Notes: generated from the sequence alone by a model not told the origin. DNA of 64,000 nucleotides from a virus (IMGVR_UViG_3300017917_002560:74096-138095); one strand, 5' to 3'. Shown: positions 20,388 through 30,687, numbered from the stretch's first letter. Program-made: numbers and translations.

Positions 20388-21687
20388 ACAAAAACCAGAC
20401 ACAATGTGCCTTGCCCCGTGGACGCACACATACCTATCGCCGCAGACCGAGCGACGATTATGCTGTGCGTCAAGAGAACCTGCACAAAACTTTCAGCAAT
20501 ACATTGATACTAAATCTGGTACTGGGCAATACATTCCCATTACACTAGAACAACACTGGAACAGCGATCACATGCGCAGTGTTCGTCGACGCATGATGGC
20601 CGGTGAAACACTGCCAGAATGTGATGTATGCAACAACAAATTGCTTAACACAGATGTGTATCGCGATTACTTTACACATTTGTTCCGTCACAAGTTACCA
20701 GAGATATTTGCATCTACTGCCGAAGATGGCAGTACAACAATGCAACCAGTGAGTTGGGATTATCGCTTCAGCAATTTGTGTAACTTCAAATGTCGCATGT
20801 GTGGCGATATGTTAAGTAGTAGTTGGGAAAGTGAACAACGCCAGCATAACATGATTAACTGGGCAGACTCAAAAAATAATTGGATGCTGCCAGCAGTGCG
20901 TAATCAAATATCGCAGTTTCAAGATCAACAAATTGAAGCAGAGTTTGCCAAAGCTGTAGAAGAACATCGTGTAGAGGAAATTTACTGGGTAGGCGGAGAG
21001 CCACTCATGTATGAACAGCACTGGCGCTACATGCAGAGGATCGTAGAACTAGGAGATGGACCACGTGTATATGCAAGATACAATACCAACCTTAGCAGAA
21101 TTGATTATCGGGGGTGTAACCTTTACAGCGATATTTTGGCTAATATACGAGATTGGCAAATTTGCGCAAGCCTTGACGGTACTGGAGCAGTTGGTGAGTA
21201 CATTAGAACAGGCCTTGACTACCAAACATTCTGCAGAAACTTTGAAGCTGGATTGCAACACCAACGCAATCGACGACAAATGCGACTAGACTTTACACTG
21301 ACATTGCCAGGCTTGTTTGAAGTAGAAGCCATGCAACAACTGGCCAATCGGTATGGCGTAGAAATGTTGGCCAAAGTAGTGTTTGGGTTCAGCCCAGACA
21401 TTGTAATGAGCCCATTGGCATTGCCAAGGTCAATCCTGGAAAGAAAAGTTCGTGAGCTATTGCCAATAACTACTGGTGCGATGCATGATGTGTTGCAACA
21501 ATTGTTGGCTCGTCCTACATTTGAAGAACAATGGCCTGACACTTACAGCAAAAGTATTGCACGTGGAAAGCAACGTATATTAAAGCTAGAAAGTATCAGA
21601 CAACAATCTATTACGTTTGAAGAAATTTGTCAACAGGATAAAGAAATTTATGAGTGGTGGAAAAATATTAGACCAGCTAACGATTAA
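20368..21687 (+). CDS. Radical SAM protein, paralogue 5 (CNFKCRMC)
   Basis: CxxxCxxC; N-terminal CCASREP...CDVCNN module. Confidence 0.65.
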   Translation: MSSSMDKQKPDTMCLAPWTHTYLSPQTERRLCCASREPAQNFQQYIDTKSGTGQYIPITLEQHWNSDHMRSVRRRMMAGETLPECDVCNNKLLNTDVYRDYFTHLFRHKLPEIFASTAEDGSTTMQPVSWDYRFSNLCNFKCRMCGDMLSSSWESEQRQHNMINWADSKNNWMLPAVRNQISQFQDQQIEAEFAKAVEEHRVEEIYWVGGEPLMYEQHWRYMQRIVELGDGPRVYARYNTNLSRIDYRGCNLYSDILANIRDWQICASLDGTGAVGEYIRTGLDYQTFCRNFEAGLQHQRNRRQMRLDFTLTLPGLFEVEAMQQLANRYGVEMLAKVVFGFSPDIVMSPLALPRSILERKVRELLPITTGAMHDVLQQLLARPTFEEQWPDTYSKSIARGKQRILKLESIRQQSITFEEICQQDKEIYEWWKNIRPAND

Positions 21688-22768
21688 GCTAGGTGGGGTC
21701 AACAGTGAATTAACTGTGTATGTTGATGTATGGGATCACTCGCTAGGACGCAAGTGGCTCGGTGCACTGAATCAACTGTTGGATCAACAGTATCATCTTG
21801 AAAAAAATTATTGCTTCTTTGGCTTTCCTGACGGCCCTAGAAATGGTAGATTGATTGTTGAACAAATTAACAAGAGTATTGTAGCCATCAACGCCGCAGA
21901 CTTGGGGTATCAAATCAATGATTACTTTACATTGGAAAACAGTTTGGTGCCCGGGGAGTTAGATCAACCAGTGTCGTTAGATCAGCAACGCCCGCCAGCA
22001 TTGCCCGGCGAAGTTGACCATGCCCACTTTAATCAGTTGCACAGATACTTTGAAGATCTGCAAGGGGTTAGCGGTGCAATATCTGAATATTACAACCGTG
22101 CCGATAGTGCTACACGTTGGCACATACGCCAGCTGAACTTGCTGTGCCATGAATTCGAGTCCTGGGCTTTAAGTAACAGAAAGAAGCATACAGCACCTAT
22201 GTGGATGCGTCCTAGTCAGCTTATGTGTTGGCTCAATGCCCCAAGGTTTGATCTAGATGCCGGAGATTTTGAAATGTTTGGCATTGAAACAATGAATCGT
22301 CCTTTGGGCGGTGTTTACGTTGGAGTTAACAAAGCTATCGGAAAACATCATTGGGAAGTATTTGTTGACGAAGCACATTACAACCCCAACATGATTGTTG
22401 ATAATTTGACTACAACCACAATGCGTGGACAATTAGAAGCGTCGGGCGACTTTGATATAGAGTGGGCCAACAATCCTGGCGATTATGAGTGGCAGAAAAA
22501 ACACTTAGCCGACTTTAGACAGTGGCTAATCAACAACAAGTTTGACCCCGATGACAAAAGCCTGACTATCGGGCATCCGCAAGTGGGCCAAGTTGATTTA
22601 ATGCGCAGTTTTGGCACAACAAACTACCAAGAAATTTGGAGTCAGCTTGAACAGCATCTCAATGTACTCAGTATAAAAACCAGTAGCAGTTACGCAGAGT
22701 ATAATTACAATTGGAGCGATGACAATTTCATTGATCTCCAAGTAGAAAGAATTACCAAAGGAAATTGA
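21617..22768 (+). CDS. Hypothetical protein (383 aa)
   Basis: ORF in same operon; start uncertain (21617 or 21650). Confidence 0.45.
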   Translation: MKKFVNRIKKFMSGGKILDQLTIKLGGVNSELTVYVDVWDHSLGRKWLGALNQLLDQQYHLEKNYCFFGFPDGPRNGRLIVEQINKSIVAINAADLGYQINDYFTLENSLVPGELDQPVSLDQQRPPALPGEVDHAHFNQLHRYFEDLQGVSGAISEYYNRADSATRWHIRQLNLLCHEFESWALSNRKKHTAPMWMRPSQLMCWLNAPRFDLDAGDFEMFGIETMNRPLGGVYVGVNKAIGKHHWEVFVDEAHYNPNMIVDNLTTTTMRGQLEASGDFDIEWANNPGDYEWQKKHLADFRQWLINNKFDPDDKSLTIGHPQVGQVDLMRSFGTTNYQEIWSQLEQHLNVLSIKTSSSYAEYNYNWSDDNFIDLQVERITKGN

Positions 22769-22867
22769 TATGAAATGGATTCGCAATTTAATTGAGCGTA
22801 TTCGGTTAGAGATACGTTATCGTAAAAAGTTAAAAGAGCTACGCAAAAGAGATCCGTTCATTTACAA

Positions 22868-24364
22868 ATGAGCAACATACTGGGAATATCTGCTGGGTTC
22901 CACGATGCCTCGGTGGCATTGGTTGATCGTCACGGCGAGATACTGTTTGCCGGGCATAGCGAACGTTACAGCAAAAAGAAAAATGATGCTGGGCTAGACC
23001 CACATCTATTGCTGGACGCCTGGGACTACGGGTCAATCAATCACATTGCATACTATGAGCGTCCGTGGGCCAAACAACTGCGTCGATTGCGCAGTGGTGA
23101 AGGCATACAATGGGATCAACTCACAGTAACACAGATATTAAACAAACAGCTAGGCCCAGGCTCATGGCCAACTATTAGTACATATAATCATCACCTTAGT
23201 CATGCGGCAGCTGGGTTTCAAACATCACCGTATGATCGAGCCACAGTTGTAGTAATAGATGCCATAGGAGAGTTTGATACTATATCAATATGGGGTGCAG
23301 AATATGATCGAAAAGGTCGTGCAGTTTATAAGAGACTGTGGAGACAAACTTACCCACATTCAATTGGGCTGTTTTATAGTGCAGTCACTGGCCGCGTTGG
23401 CCTTAAGCCACTAGACGAAGAATACATACTCATGGGCATGGCTGCCTATGGTGATCGTGGGTTTGGTACGCTGATGAAACAAGATCTGTTGTCTGACACA
23501 TGGGAAATGAAGTTCAAAGAAAACTTACACATAGGACTAGCACAAAAATATCTGTCCTATGTTGGTGACATGGACATTGCTGCCGGCGCACAAGACTTGG
23601 CAGAAGATCTCATAATGAACGTAATGATTCGTGCCAAGGGGTTTGGCTGGAGCAACAATCTTGTGTACATGGGCGGTGTTGCATTGAATTGCAGTGCTAA
23701 CCGTAAGTTGGGAAGTTGTTTTGATAATATCTGGATTATGCCTAATCCTGGCGATGCTGGCTCTAGCCTTGGTGCCGCCGCGCTGGCATACGGTCATAGG
23801 CTTAATTGGCGTGATGCTTTTCTGGGCCACGATATTGCAGGCCCTTACCCTGTTAATGCCATTTTGGACGAGCTTGTGTCTCGTCGTATCGTTGGTGTCG
23901 CTAGCGGCCGCGCTGAGTTTGGTCCGCGAGCGTTAGGCAACCGCAGTTTGTTGGCCGACCCTCGTGGACCTGAAATAAAGGATCAAGTTAATGAAATCAA
24001 ACGTAGACAAAAATTTCGACCATTTGCGCCAGTCATTCTGGAAGAGCATGTTCATGATTATTTTGACATGCCTCCTGGCTGGAGTGACAGTAGGTATATG
24101 CAAACAATCGCTACTTGCCGGCATCCTGAGCTATTTCCTGCTATCGTTCATTTTGATGGGACTAGTCGTGTTCAAACAGTACCAAAAGCCAGACCCGGAG
24201 AGCAACAATCCGGAATCCGAGAGCTTTTGGAGAAATGGTTTGTTTTGACTGGTTGTCCAATGTTGCTCAATACCAGCTTGAACATACGCGGCGAGCCCAT
24301 GGTAAACGATCGTGCAGATGCAGATCGCTTTGAACAATTATACGGAGTGAAAGTTTGTAGTTAA
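22868..24364 (+). CDS. NodU/CmcH-family carbamoyltransferase
   Basis: N-terminus MSNILGISAGFHDASVALVDRHGEILFAGHSERYSKKKND is the canonical carbamoyltransferase start; C-terminal YqeV-like domain length consistent. Confidence 0.8.
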   Translation: MSNILGISAGFHDASVALVDRHGEILFAGHSERYSKKKNDAGLDPHLLLDAWDYGSINHIAYYERPWAKQLRRLRSGEGIQWDQLTVTQILNKQLGPGSWPTISTYNHHLSHAAAGFQTSPYDRATVVVIDAIGEFDTISIWGAEYDRKGRAVYKRLWRQTYPHSIGLFYSAVTGRVGLKPLDEEYILMGMAAYGDRGFGTLMKQDLLSDTWEMKFKENLHIGLAQKYLSYVGDMDIAAGAQDLAEDLIMNVMIRAKGFGWSNNLVYMGGVALNCSANRKLGSCFDNIWIMPNPGDAGSSLGAAALAYGHRLNWRDAFLGHDIAGPYPVNAILDELVSRRIVGVASGRAEFGPRALGNRSLLADPRGPEIKDQVNEIKRRQKFRPFAPVILEEHVHDYFDMPPGWSDSRYMQTIATCRHPELFPAIVHFDGTSRVQTVPKARPGEQQSGIRELLEKWFVLTGCPMLLNTSLNIRGEPMVNDRADADRFEQLYGVKVCS

Positions 24365-24367
24365 GAA

Positions 24368-24397
24368 AATGCCCCTTTAAGGGGCATTTTTTATAGG
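24368..24397. terminator. Bidirectional intrinsic terminator (aaaatgcccctt/aaggggcatttt)
   Basis: 12-bp perfect hairpin followed by TTTTTAT on + strand and preceded by T-run equivalent on - strand; sits between convergent genes. Confidence 0.7.
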
Positions 24398-25416
24398 TAT
24401 GTTTCTAATCCGCCACGTCGTACAAGGTCCTGTGTACAGCAACTAATGCCACCGTCCCAAAAGTAACTGTGACGCAGTTCAGAGATAATAGGATTGATAC
24501 GATGCTTGCGACAGTAGTCAAATACTTCTTTGTTGTATGCTGAGAAAATTACGTTCTCTTCGTCTAACACAAGACAGTTGACATCAAACACAGTTTCAGC
24601 AACAAACCCAGTCCACTTATTCAGGTAAGTGTTAACGAAGTCTGTAAACTCAGGAGTGGGGGTTTGTCCTTGTACATACCAAGCCCCGGGACTTTGTTCG
24701 TACTTGAACTTGCCTACTTCCATGGCTGCCCAGATACTTGAGTCCCACACTTTGCAAACGTCCCAGCCAGGGAAGTCTCGACCCAAGTCTAAGTTTACGT
24801 CATGCTTGCTTGATAGTATAACACCGGGTTTGAGAATAGCAAACACAGCATCACCGTGTCCGTCTGTTACGGCTTCGTGTATGCGATATCGACTATCCAA
24901 ACAGTTATCTACAATCCACTGAGTTTGATCTGGACGTAAAAAGTCTGAGTTATCAAAAAATACATCAGTGCCCACACGCACAATACAGCTAGCCGACGCA
25001 CCATTTAAGATGCAATCTGGATCCCATGTGCTTTTGTGAGGGTTAACCACAGACTCTTTAAACTTCTCACACACAGAGTCAAGCTCGGGCATGTTAAGCA
25101 CACGCAATAGTTTATCGCCCAAGGTGATTTGCCAGTCGCGTGGTGTCAGTGGCGGCAGCGGAGCACCTCCTCCTTCGGTTTGAAACCAAACAAATTGATC
25201 TTTGTTGGGTAAGTCAGGGCGATGCACTCGTGCGCCGTACTGCTCAATTGTTCGTTGCAAGTTATCAAGATCTTCTTCGGTCTCGGCTAAAATTTGCTGT
25301 AGCTGATTACGTACTTGAGGATTGTCAATAAAGTCAAAGTAATCAGGACTGTATGCACGGCCTACAATAACTTCTTCCAGGGGTTGCCAGCTGGTGTATG
25401 AATTAACTTTAGTCAT
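24391..25416 (-). CDS. Amidinotransferase-superfamily protein (C-terminal GGISCCTQDLVRRG active-site Cys motif)
   Basis: C-terminus matches glycine/inosamine amidinotransferase catalytic Cys segment (GGxxHCxTxDxxRxG). Confidence 0.55.
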   Translation of the reverse strand: MTKVNSYTSWQPLEEVIVGRAYSPDYFDFIDNPQVRNQLQQILAETEEDLDNLQRTIEQYGARVHRPDLPNKDQFVWFQTEGGGAPLPPLTPRDWQITLGDKLLRVLNMPELDSVCEKFKESVVNPHKSTWDPDCILNGASASCIVRVGTDVFFDNSDFLRPDQTQWIVDNCLDSRYRIHEAVTDGHGDAVFAILKPGVILSSKHDVNLDLGRDFPGWDVCKVWDSSIWAAMEVGKFKYEQSPGAWYVQGQTPTPEFTDFVNTYLNKWTGFVAETVFDVNCLVLDEENVIFSAYNKEVFDYCRKHRINPIISELRHSYFWDGGISCCTQDLVRRGGLETYL

Positions 25417-26596
25417 GAATTTTCCAATGTAGGGTATTTAATCTTGCCAGTTTTGAGCCAGCAAATAGTTTTTGATTGTGGTCAAGATCCTTGATAGATT
25501 TTTTGTACAGTTTGTCTAGGCCTTGCTCCTGGGCTTTCTTTATGGCATCCAAAAGTTTAATCCAACGTTGTGTATGGTTTGGTTCAAGATCATAGCTGTT
25601 GTCTAACACATCGTCAAACACACAATACCCTAGATCACGTAGTTGTTGCAAACTACCTGCACCGCCAGCAACAAAGAACAACTGTCCGTGCTTGATGGGT
25701 TTGAATGTTTTTTCTGTAATAAACGCACCGCCGCTTTGATCAACGTCAAATTGACTTTCTAACACAATGTTGCAGTAACTATCCAAGTGATATTTGAATA
25801 CAGTGATACCGTGATCGTTGCGCTGATCCTGAGTCAAGTCATCACTGTAGTAAGGCGCACCTTGTGCAAACTTTTCCAAGTCCCAACGCAGTCTTGAAAT
25901 AGCATCAATTTCAATGGGGTTGTCTTTTGTAAATTCTTGATCCTTGGGGGCTTCGCAGTAGCTCCAGTAACTGTTCTCTAGGATACTATTACGTTGCATG
26001 TCGGCCATGACAGTGGCACGCCACCACTTGTGCAGCCTTGACAACACTGTGAAGTTTTTGCTACGTGATTTGGTATGCATAGGCAGTGGCACTTCTCGGT
26101 TTCTAGCATAGTACCATAGTTCAAAATCTACAAAGCTTACAAAGTTTTCTAGATGGTCTGCTTGACTATTGGAACTAACAAACACATAGCAGTTCTTTGG
26201 CAAATTGTGTTGCGTTACTAAAGAGTCAAGTCTGTTTTTAATGTTGACAGGGTTGTCTCCTTCGTGATAGTAAAACAACACACGAAGTTTTTGTTCTTGC
26301 AATTTGGCAATCACAGCACTGCTCATAAGAGAGAAGTAATCTATCTCAAAATCAAAAAATCCTAGCCCAATAGGGTAAAACGTATGAGCTGGTAGCTCAT
26401 CGTTGATATCAAAGATGTTGATCTTGCCACCGTGTGCCTGGCAGTACTCTTCTAGTCGCAACGGAGTAGTGTATGGCCAATGCTGACCAAACTCTCTCCA
26501 GCTAGTGGTATAAGGGCGACCTTGATGTCTAGCAAACGCTGGATATATTTTTCCCTTGATAGTGCGATCAGCTACAAAATTAAATTCTAAACTCAT
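25409..26596 (-). CDS. GT10-like glycosyltransferase-fold protein, paralogue 4
   Basis: AFITEKTFKPIKHGQLFFVAGGAGSLQQLRDLGYCVFDDVLDNSYD. Confidence 0.55.
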   Translation of the reverse strand: MSLEFNFVADRTIKGKIYPAFARHQGRPYTTSWREFGQHWPYTTPLRLEEYCQAHGGKINIFDINDELPAHTFYPIGLGFFDFEIDYFSLMSSAVIAKLQEQKLRVLFYYHEGDNPVNIKNRLDSLVTQHNLPKNCYVFVSSNSQADHLENFVSFVDFELWYYARNREVPLPMHTKSRSKNFTVLSRLHKWWRATVMADMQRNSILENSYWSYCEAPKDQEFTKDNPIEIDAISRLRWDLEKFAQGAPYYSDDLTQDQRNDHGITVFKYHLDSYCNIVLESQFDVDQSGGAFITEKTFKPIKHGQLFFVAGGAGSLQQLRDLGYCVFDDVLDNSYDLEPNHTQRWIKLLDAIKKAQEQGLDKLYKKSIKDLDHNQKLFAGSKLARLNTLHWKIHD

Positions 26597-27671
26597 TTAA
26601 CATTCCTAATAGTTCTTGCCATAGAACATCGGTAAAGCCGCCGTTGTAAAAATGGTTAAAGTTATGTTCAACAATTGGCAAGCATTGTTGATGTATATCC
26701 CAGCGTTGGCTAGGTGTTAGTTCGTCTAACTGCTTTAACAATTTTACTACTTTTTCAATGCGAAGTCTATCGTCAGTTTCTTCATCATAGCTTTCGTCAA
26801 ACACTGACGCAAACGTTTTGAATCCGTATTCACGCATGTATGCCAGACTGCCGGCTGGTGCCACAAGTACAAATGGCATTTCCAAAGCAATGGCTTTGAA
26901 TGTTTTTTCTGTAATGTGTTGCCTACGCCCAAAGTACACTGTTTCTGTGGGCACATATACCAAACTGTCAGAGGCCTCATCAAAGTTGGTAAGCCAACAT
27001 GATGCCATTTCCTGTGTTTCTTCTCCAGGGAACAATCGCGGCAAGTCTGCGGACTCAAACACTTGCTCTATGTCTGGATATATGCTATTATACTTAGATG
27101 CTACAACAGATATATCTACGTTCTCATATACACAGGTTCTTGGCGCACTGATCCAGTTATGCTCAAGACCCTGCTTGAACACGTTATACAAAAACAGCAC
27201 ACGGTGATCACGTTTGCCAGCAACAATTCGGTTGGGGCTAATGAAAGTGCGTGTGGGCTGTCGGTCTCTAGCACGTGGAATCAAAAAAGTTTTGTCGTAA
27301 CCACGGAACCAGTCCTGACAGGCCCAGCCATGAAAGAAATAGTAGTGTGGAGTCCAACCATATTTTTCGCACAACTTGTCAACAAACTCGCCACGTTCGC
27401 TTACAATAATGTGCCCAGTAGGTTTGCAAAAGATATCATCGTTGCGCCGTATTACATCTTTAAACAGTGGCTCGTGCAAGTCCAGGTGTACAGGTTCTTG
27501 ATCATGCAAATACACGTAGTCGTTTTCTATGATGTTGTCCTGGCCCAAGTTAAATAGATGTTCTGCATCAGTAAACCCAAATGGATCGCAAAAGAATACT
27601 CTAGTACCTGGACGATTTTTAGCAAACCAGGGCCAAAAAGTATTATTGTAAATTTCATCTATTCTAATCAT
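26580..27671 (-). CDS. GT10-like glycosyltransferase-fold protein, paralogue 5
   Basis: VYFGRRQHITEKTFKAIALEMPFVLVAPAGSLAYMREYGFKTFASVFDESYDEETD. Confidence 0.55.
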   Translation of the reverse strand: MIRIDEIYNNTFWPWFAKNRPGTRVFFCDPFGFTDAEHLFNLGQDNIIENDYVYLHDQEPVHLDLHEPLFKDVIRRNDDIFCKPTGHIIVSERGEFVDKLCEKYGWTPHYYFFHGWACQDWFRGYDKTFLIPRARDRQPTRTFISPNRIVAGKRDHRVLFLYNVFKQGLEHNWISAPRTCVYENVDISVVASKYNSIYPDIEQVFESADLPRLFPGEETQEMASCWLTNFDEASDSLVYVPTETVYFGRRQHITEKTFKAIALEMPFVLVAPAGSLAYMREYGFKTFASVFDESYDEETDDRLRIEKVVKLLKQLDELTPSQRWDIHQQCLPIVEHNFNHFYNGGFTDVLWQELLGMLNEFRI

Positions 27672-30600
27672 GTTTGACGTTTTTTATTCAGGACCTAAAC
27701 CTAATTTGTTCGCACACGAGCAACAGGCCTCGGATATTGACCATGCTCAGAAGTTAAGCCGTACTAGGTATTTTTGGTGGATCACATACTTAGCGGATTT
27801 GCAGGACTGGGATTTTCTTTGGGAACCGGCGCCGTGGCAAGCTGAGTACATGCATGTTTGGCCCAGTGAAGTTGAAGGATACGCCGCAGTAAAACTGATT
27901 CCGCGCGACACAGTTGACCCACAGCCACACTATCACAACATAGTTGTAAAGTCTTTGCCTAGGCTCAACAACTATCGTACCCTGGTGCCTTGTGACTTTG
28001 ATTACTCATGGTTACCTAGTCCGTTTGATCCCCCGTTCATTTATGTGTTTGGTAACCAACACTGGCCAGCAGAACAACAGCCCACAGTAGAATATCATGC
28101 ACCGGGCGCAACGGAACGCAAATATCTAGAGTGGCCACAAGCAACTCTATTGCCCGACCGTACACATTGGAAAGTGTTGGAGCAGATCAACGAAGCACAC
28201 TGGGACTGGTCATGGAGGCCTGATCCGGGCGATCCACCTTACATCTATGTGTTTGGTAACCAGTGGCACCCAGCAGAATTCAAGGCCAGTGTAGAGTATC
28301 ATGTGCCCGGGGCAACAGAGCGTAAGTACATGGATCCACGCACTGAGAGATTGCCGTGTTATGATAATCGCTGGCGTGTTCACCAGTCTGTGGAAGAATT
28401 TGATTATTCGTGGGAGCCCGACCCATTTGACCCGCCTTACATTTACGTATTTGGTAACCAATGGTATTCTGCCGAAGTGGAAGCTACAATAGAGTATCAT
28501 GTTCCCGGTGCAACAGAGCGCAAGTATGTTCACGATATTATAGCTCGTGTACAGTCTAACACAACCAACTACTATCAACACTGTGCAGTGGAATCTTTTG
28601 ACTATTCTTGGCATCCAGATCCTGGCGAACCACCGTACATTTACGTATTTGGTAATCAGTGGTACCCAGCAGAGATCATGCCCACTGTGGAATATCGTGT
28701 ACCTGGCGCAACAGAAAAGAAGTACATGGATGCACCCCGAGCAACATTGCCACAGCGTCATGACAATCACTGGCACACTATAGAGGATTGCAACTGGGAT
28801 TACAGTTGGGTACCTGATCCGGGCGATCCACCTTACATCTATGTGTTTGGCAATCAGTGGTGGCCCGCAGAAAAATGGCCTACTGTAACATATACAGTGC
28901 CCGGCGCTACTGAACGCAAGTACATGAACAGTCCACAAGCTACATTACTGCCCAACAACGATCACTGGGTTAGCTTGATTGACCGTGGGTTTGAATTTGA
29001 TTATTCTTGGCAGCCTGATCCCGGAGATCCACCTTATCGCTATGTGTTTGGTAACCAGTGGCATTCGGCTGAAGTTATGCCTACATTGTCATGGACTCAC
29101 CCCAACGCAGACAGCAACACGCCCACAAAATACATAGACTGGCCACGTGCTACTCTATTGCCTGACGCTACAAACTGGACACTGCCTGCTGGAGTAACAC
29201 CTGACAGTGTGGACTTCAGTTGGGTACCTGACCCTGGTGAGCCGCCATACATCTATCAGTTTGCCACACAGCACCAAAAAACAGGCGGTCCGGTGTACAC
29301 AGTGCCCGGTGCTACAGAAACAAAGTACCTTGAGTCAGTGGAAATCAAGATTGAAGTAGAAACAGTGCCCATTGTGGAAATTGATCACTTGGATGGCAAT
29401 GCTGGCAACATAGCCAATGTTGTTAAACGTGTGAGATACTTTGACAACTACCGTGACACGCTGATTCGCATTGCCAAGAGCCTTGTGGGTCAACATGAGT
29501 TTGTTTGGATCTGTTCTAGCGTATGTGATTACACTGACTTTGATTTTACATGGCACCCAGAAAAATGGCAACAAACTATGTTGCATGTATTTGCCAGCAA
29601 TGAACAAAAGTTTGGTGATACATTTTACATGCATGTTCCTTCGTTTGCAGAACGTGCAGAAAAGAAAGCTCTACTGGAGTGGTACGCAGTAAACTATGTA
29701 CCACGCAAACGGGTACCGCGCAGACTCATGCCAGTGTTTGAACACACGCATGATACACATGTGGGCACAGTTAAGAGTACAGACTGGACTGGCCCACTAG
29801 CACTGTTTACTACCAATGGCGTGCCTGCAACTATTCCAGCTGTGCCACTGTGGCGTTCAGAAGTTAAAACCATTGTGCCATTAAGCTCGGGTGCCGGGGC
29901 AGTGGTTGTACCCAAGGTTGCTCGTGGAGATATCAAAACACAGTTATACGACTATCCTTACATTGACAAAACACAACAAAGCACACATCCACCGCAGTTA
30001 CAAGATGTAATATTCATCAGTTACGATGAACCCGAAGCTGAACAAAATTGGGAAATACTAAAGCAACGTTGCCCAAGAGCACAACGAGTGCATGGTGTAG
30101 CTGGCATGGAACTGGCATTGGAAGCAGCCGCCGACGCTAGTACCACGCCGTGGTATTTTGCTGTGTTTGCAAAAACAAGATTGCATGATAGTTTTGATTT
30201 TTCGTTTGTACCTGATTACATGCAACAGCCCAAGCACTACATTTTCAACTGTCGCAATGCCAGCAATGGATTAGAATACGGACACATGGGCATGGTATTG
30301 TATAACTGTGCTGGAATACGTAGTACCAACCGTGCTGGCAATTTTGGTCTTGATTATACCTTGAGCTTCCCACACGAAAGTATTCCGTTGTTGAGTTGCC
30401 ATGGTGAATTTGCTACCACACCATATCATGCATGGCGCACAGCATTTAGAGAGACTGCCAAGTTAGCGTACTTTGAAAGTGTAGACCCCACAGTTGATAA
30501 TCAGTACCGACTCAACGTTTGGTTAAATCGTGCAGACGGCAACAACTCTGAGTGGGTGTTACGTGGTGCGCAAGATGGCTATGACTTTTACACAGCCACA

Positions 30601-30687
30601 CAGGGCGAGCTTGACAAGCTCAAGCAGAGTTTTAGATGGGAATGGTTACGTTCTTACTTTGAAGAACGCTACGGCGATTTAAAGTAA
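27670..30687 (+). CDS. Repeat protein (1005 aa): eight ~80-aa tandem repeats (W.PDPGDPPYIYVFGNQW.PAE...YHVPGATERKYM) plus C-terminal SYDEP domain
   Basis: Repeats read directly from translation (residues ~100-560); C-terminal 300 aa paralogous to 10163..11119. Confidence 0.6.
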   Translation: MFDVFYSGPKPNLFAHEQQASDIDHAQKLSRTRYFWWITYLADLQDWDFLWEPAPWQAEYMHVWPSEVEGYAAVKLIPRDTVDPQPHYHNIVVKSLPRLNNYRTLVPCDFDYSWLPSPFDPPFIYVFGNQHWPAEQQPTVEYHAPGATERKYLEWPQATLLPDRTHWKVLEQINEAHWDWSWRPDPGDPPYIYVFGNQWHPAEFKASVEYHVPGATERKYMDPRTERLPCYDNRWRVHQSVEEFDYSWEPDPFDPPYIYVFGNQWYSAEVEATIEYHVPGATERKYVHDIIARVQSNTTNYYQHCAVESFDYSWHPDPGEPPYIYVFGNQWYPAEIMPTVEYRVPGATEKKYMDAPRATLPQRHDNHWHTIEDCNWDYSWVPDPGDPPYIYVFGNQWWPAEKWPTVTYTVPGATERKYMNSPQATLLPNNDHWVSLIDRGFEFDYSWQPDPGDPPYRYVFGNQWHSAEVMPTLSWTHPNADSNTPTKYIDWPRATLLPDATNWTLPAGVTPDSVDFSWVPDPGEPPYIYQFATQHQKTGGPVYTVPGATETKYLESVEIKIEVETVPIVEIDHLDGNAGNIANVVKRVRYFDNYRDTLIRIAKSLVGQHEFVWICSSVCDYTDFDFTWHPEKWQQTMLHVFASNEQKFGDTFYMHVPSFAERAEKKALLEWYAVNYVPRKRVPRRLMPVFEHTHDTHVGTVKSTDWTGPLALFTTNGVPATIPAVPLWRSEVKTIVPLSSGAGAVVVPKVARGDIKTQLYDYPYIDKTQQSTHPPQLQDVIFISYDEPEAEQNWEILKQRCPRAQRVHGVAGMELALEAAADASTTPWYFAVFAKTRLHDSFDFSFVPDYMQQPKHYIFNCRNASNGLEYGHMGMVLYNCAGIRSTNRAGNFGLDYTLSFPHESIPLLSCHGEFATTPYHAWRTAFRETAKLAYFESVDPTVDNQYRLNVWLNRADGNNSEWVLRGAQDGYDFYTATQGELDKLKQSFRWEWLRSYFEERYGDLK

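Noticed and set aside
12658-21687. The five radical SAM enzymes as SPASM/RiPP peptide maturases
   Set aside because: No C-terminal auxiliary Cys clusters (SPASM/twitch). The extra cysteines are N-terminal and the neighbours are sugar-pathway-like rather than precursor peptides. Kept as a novel rSAM family instead.
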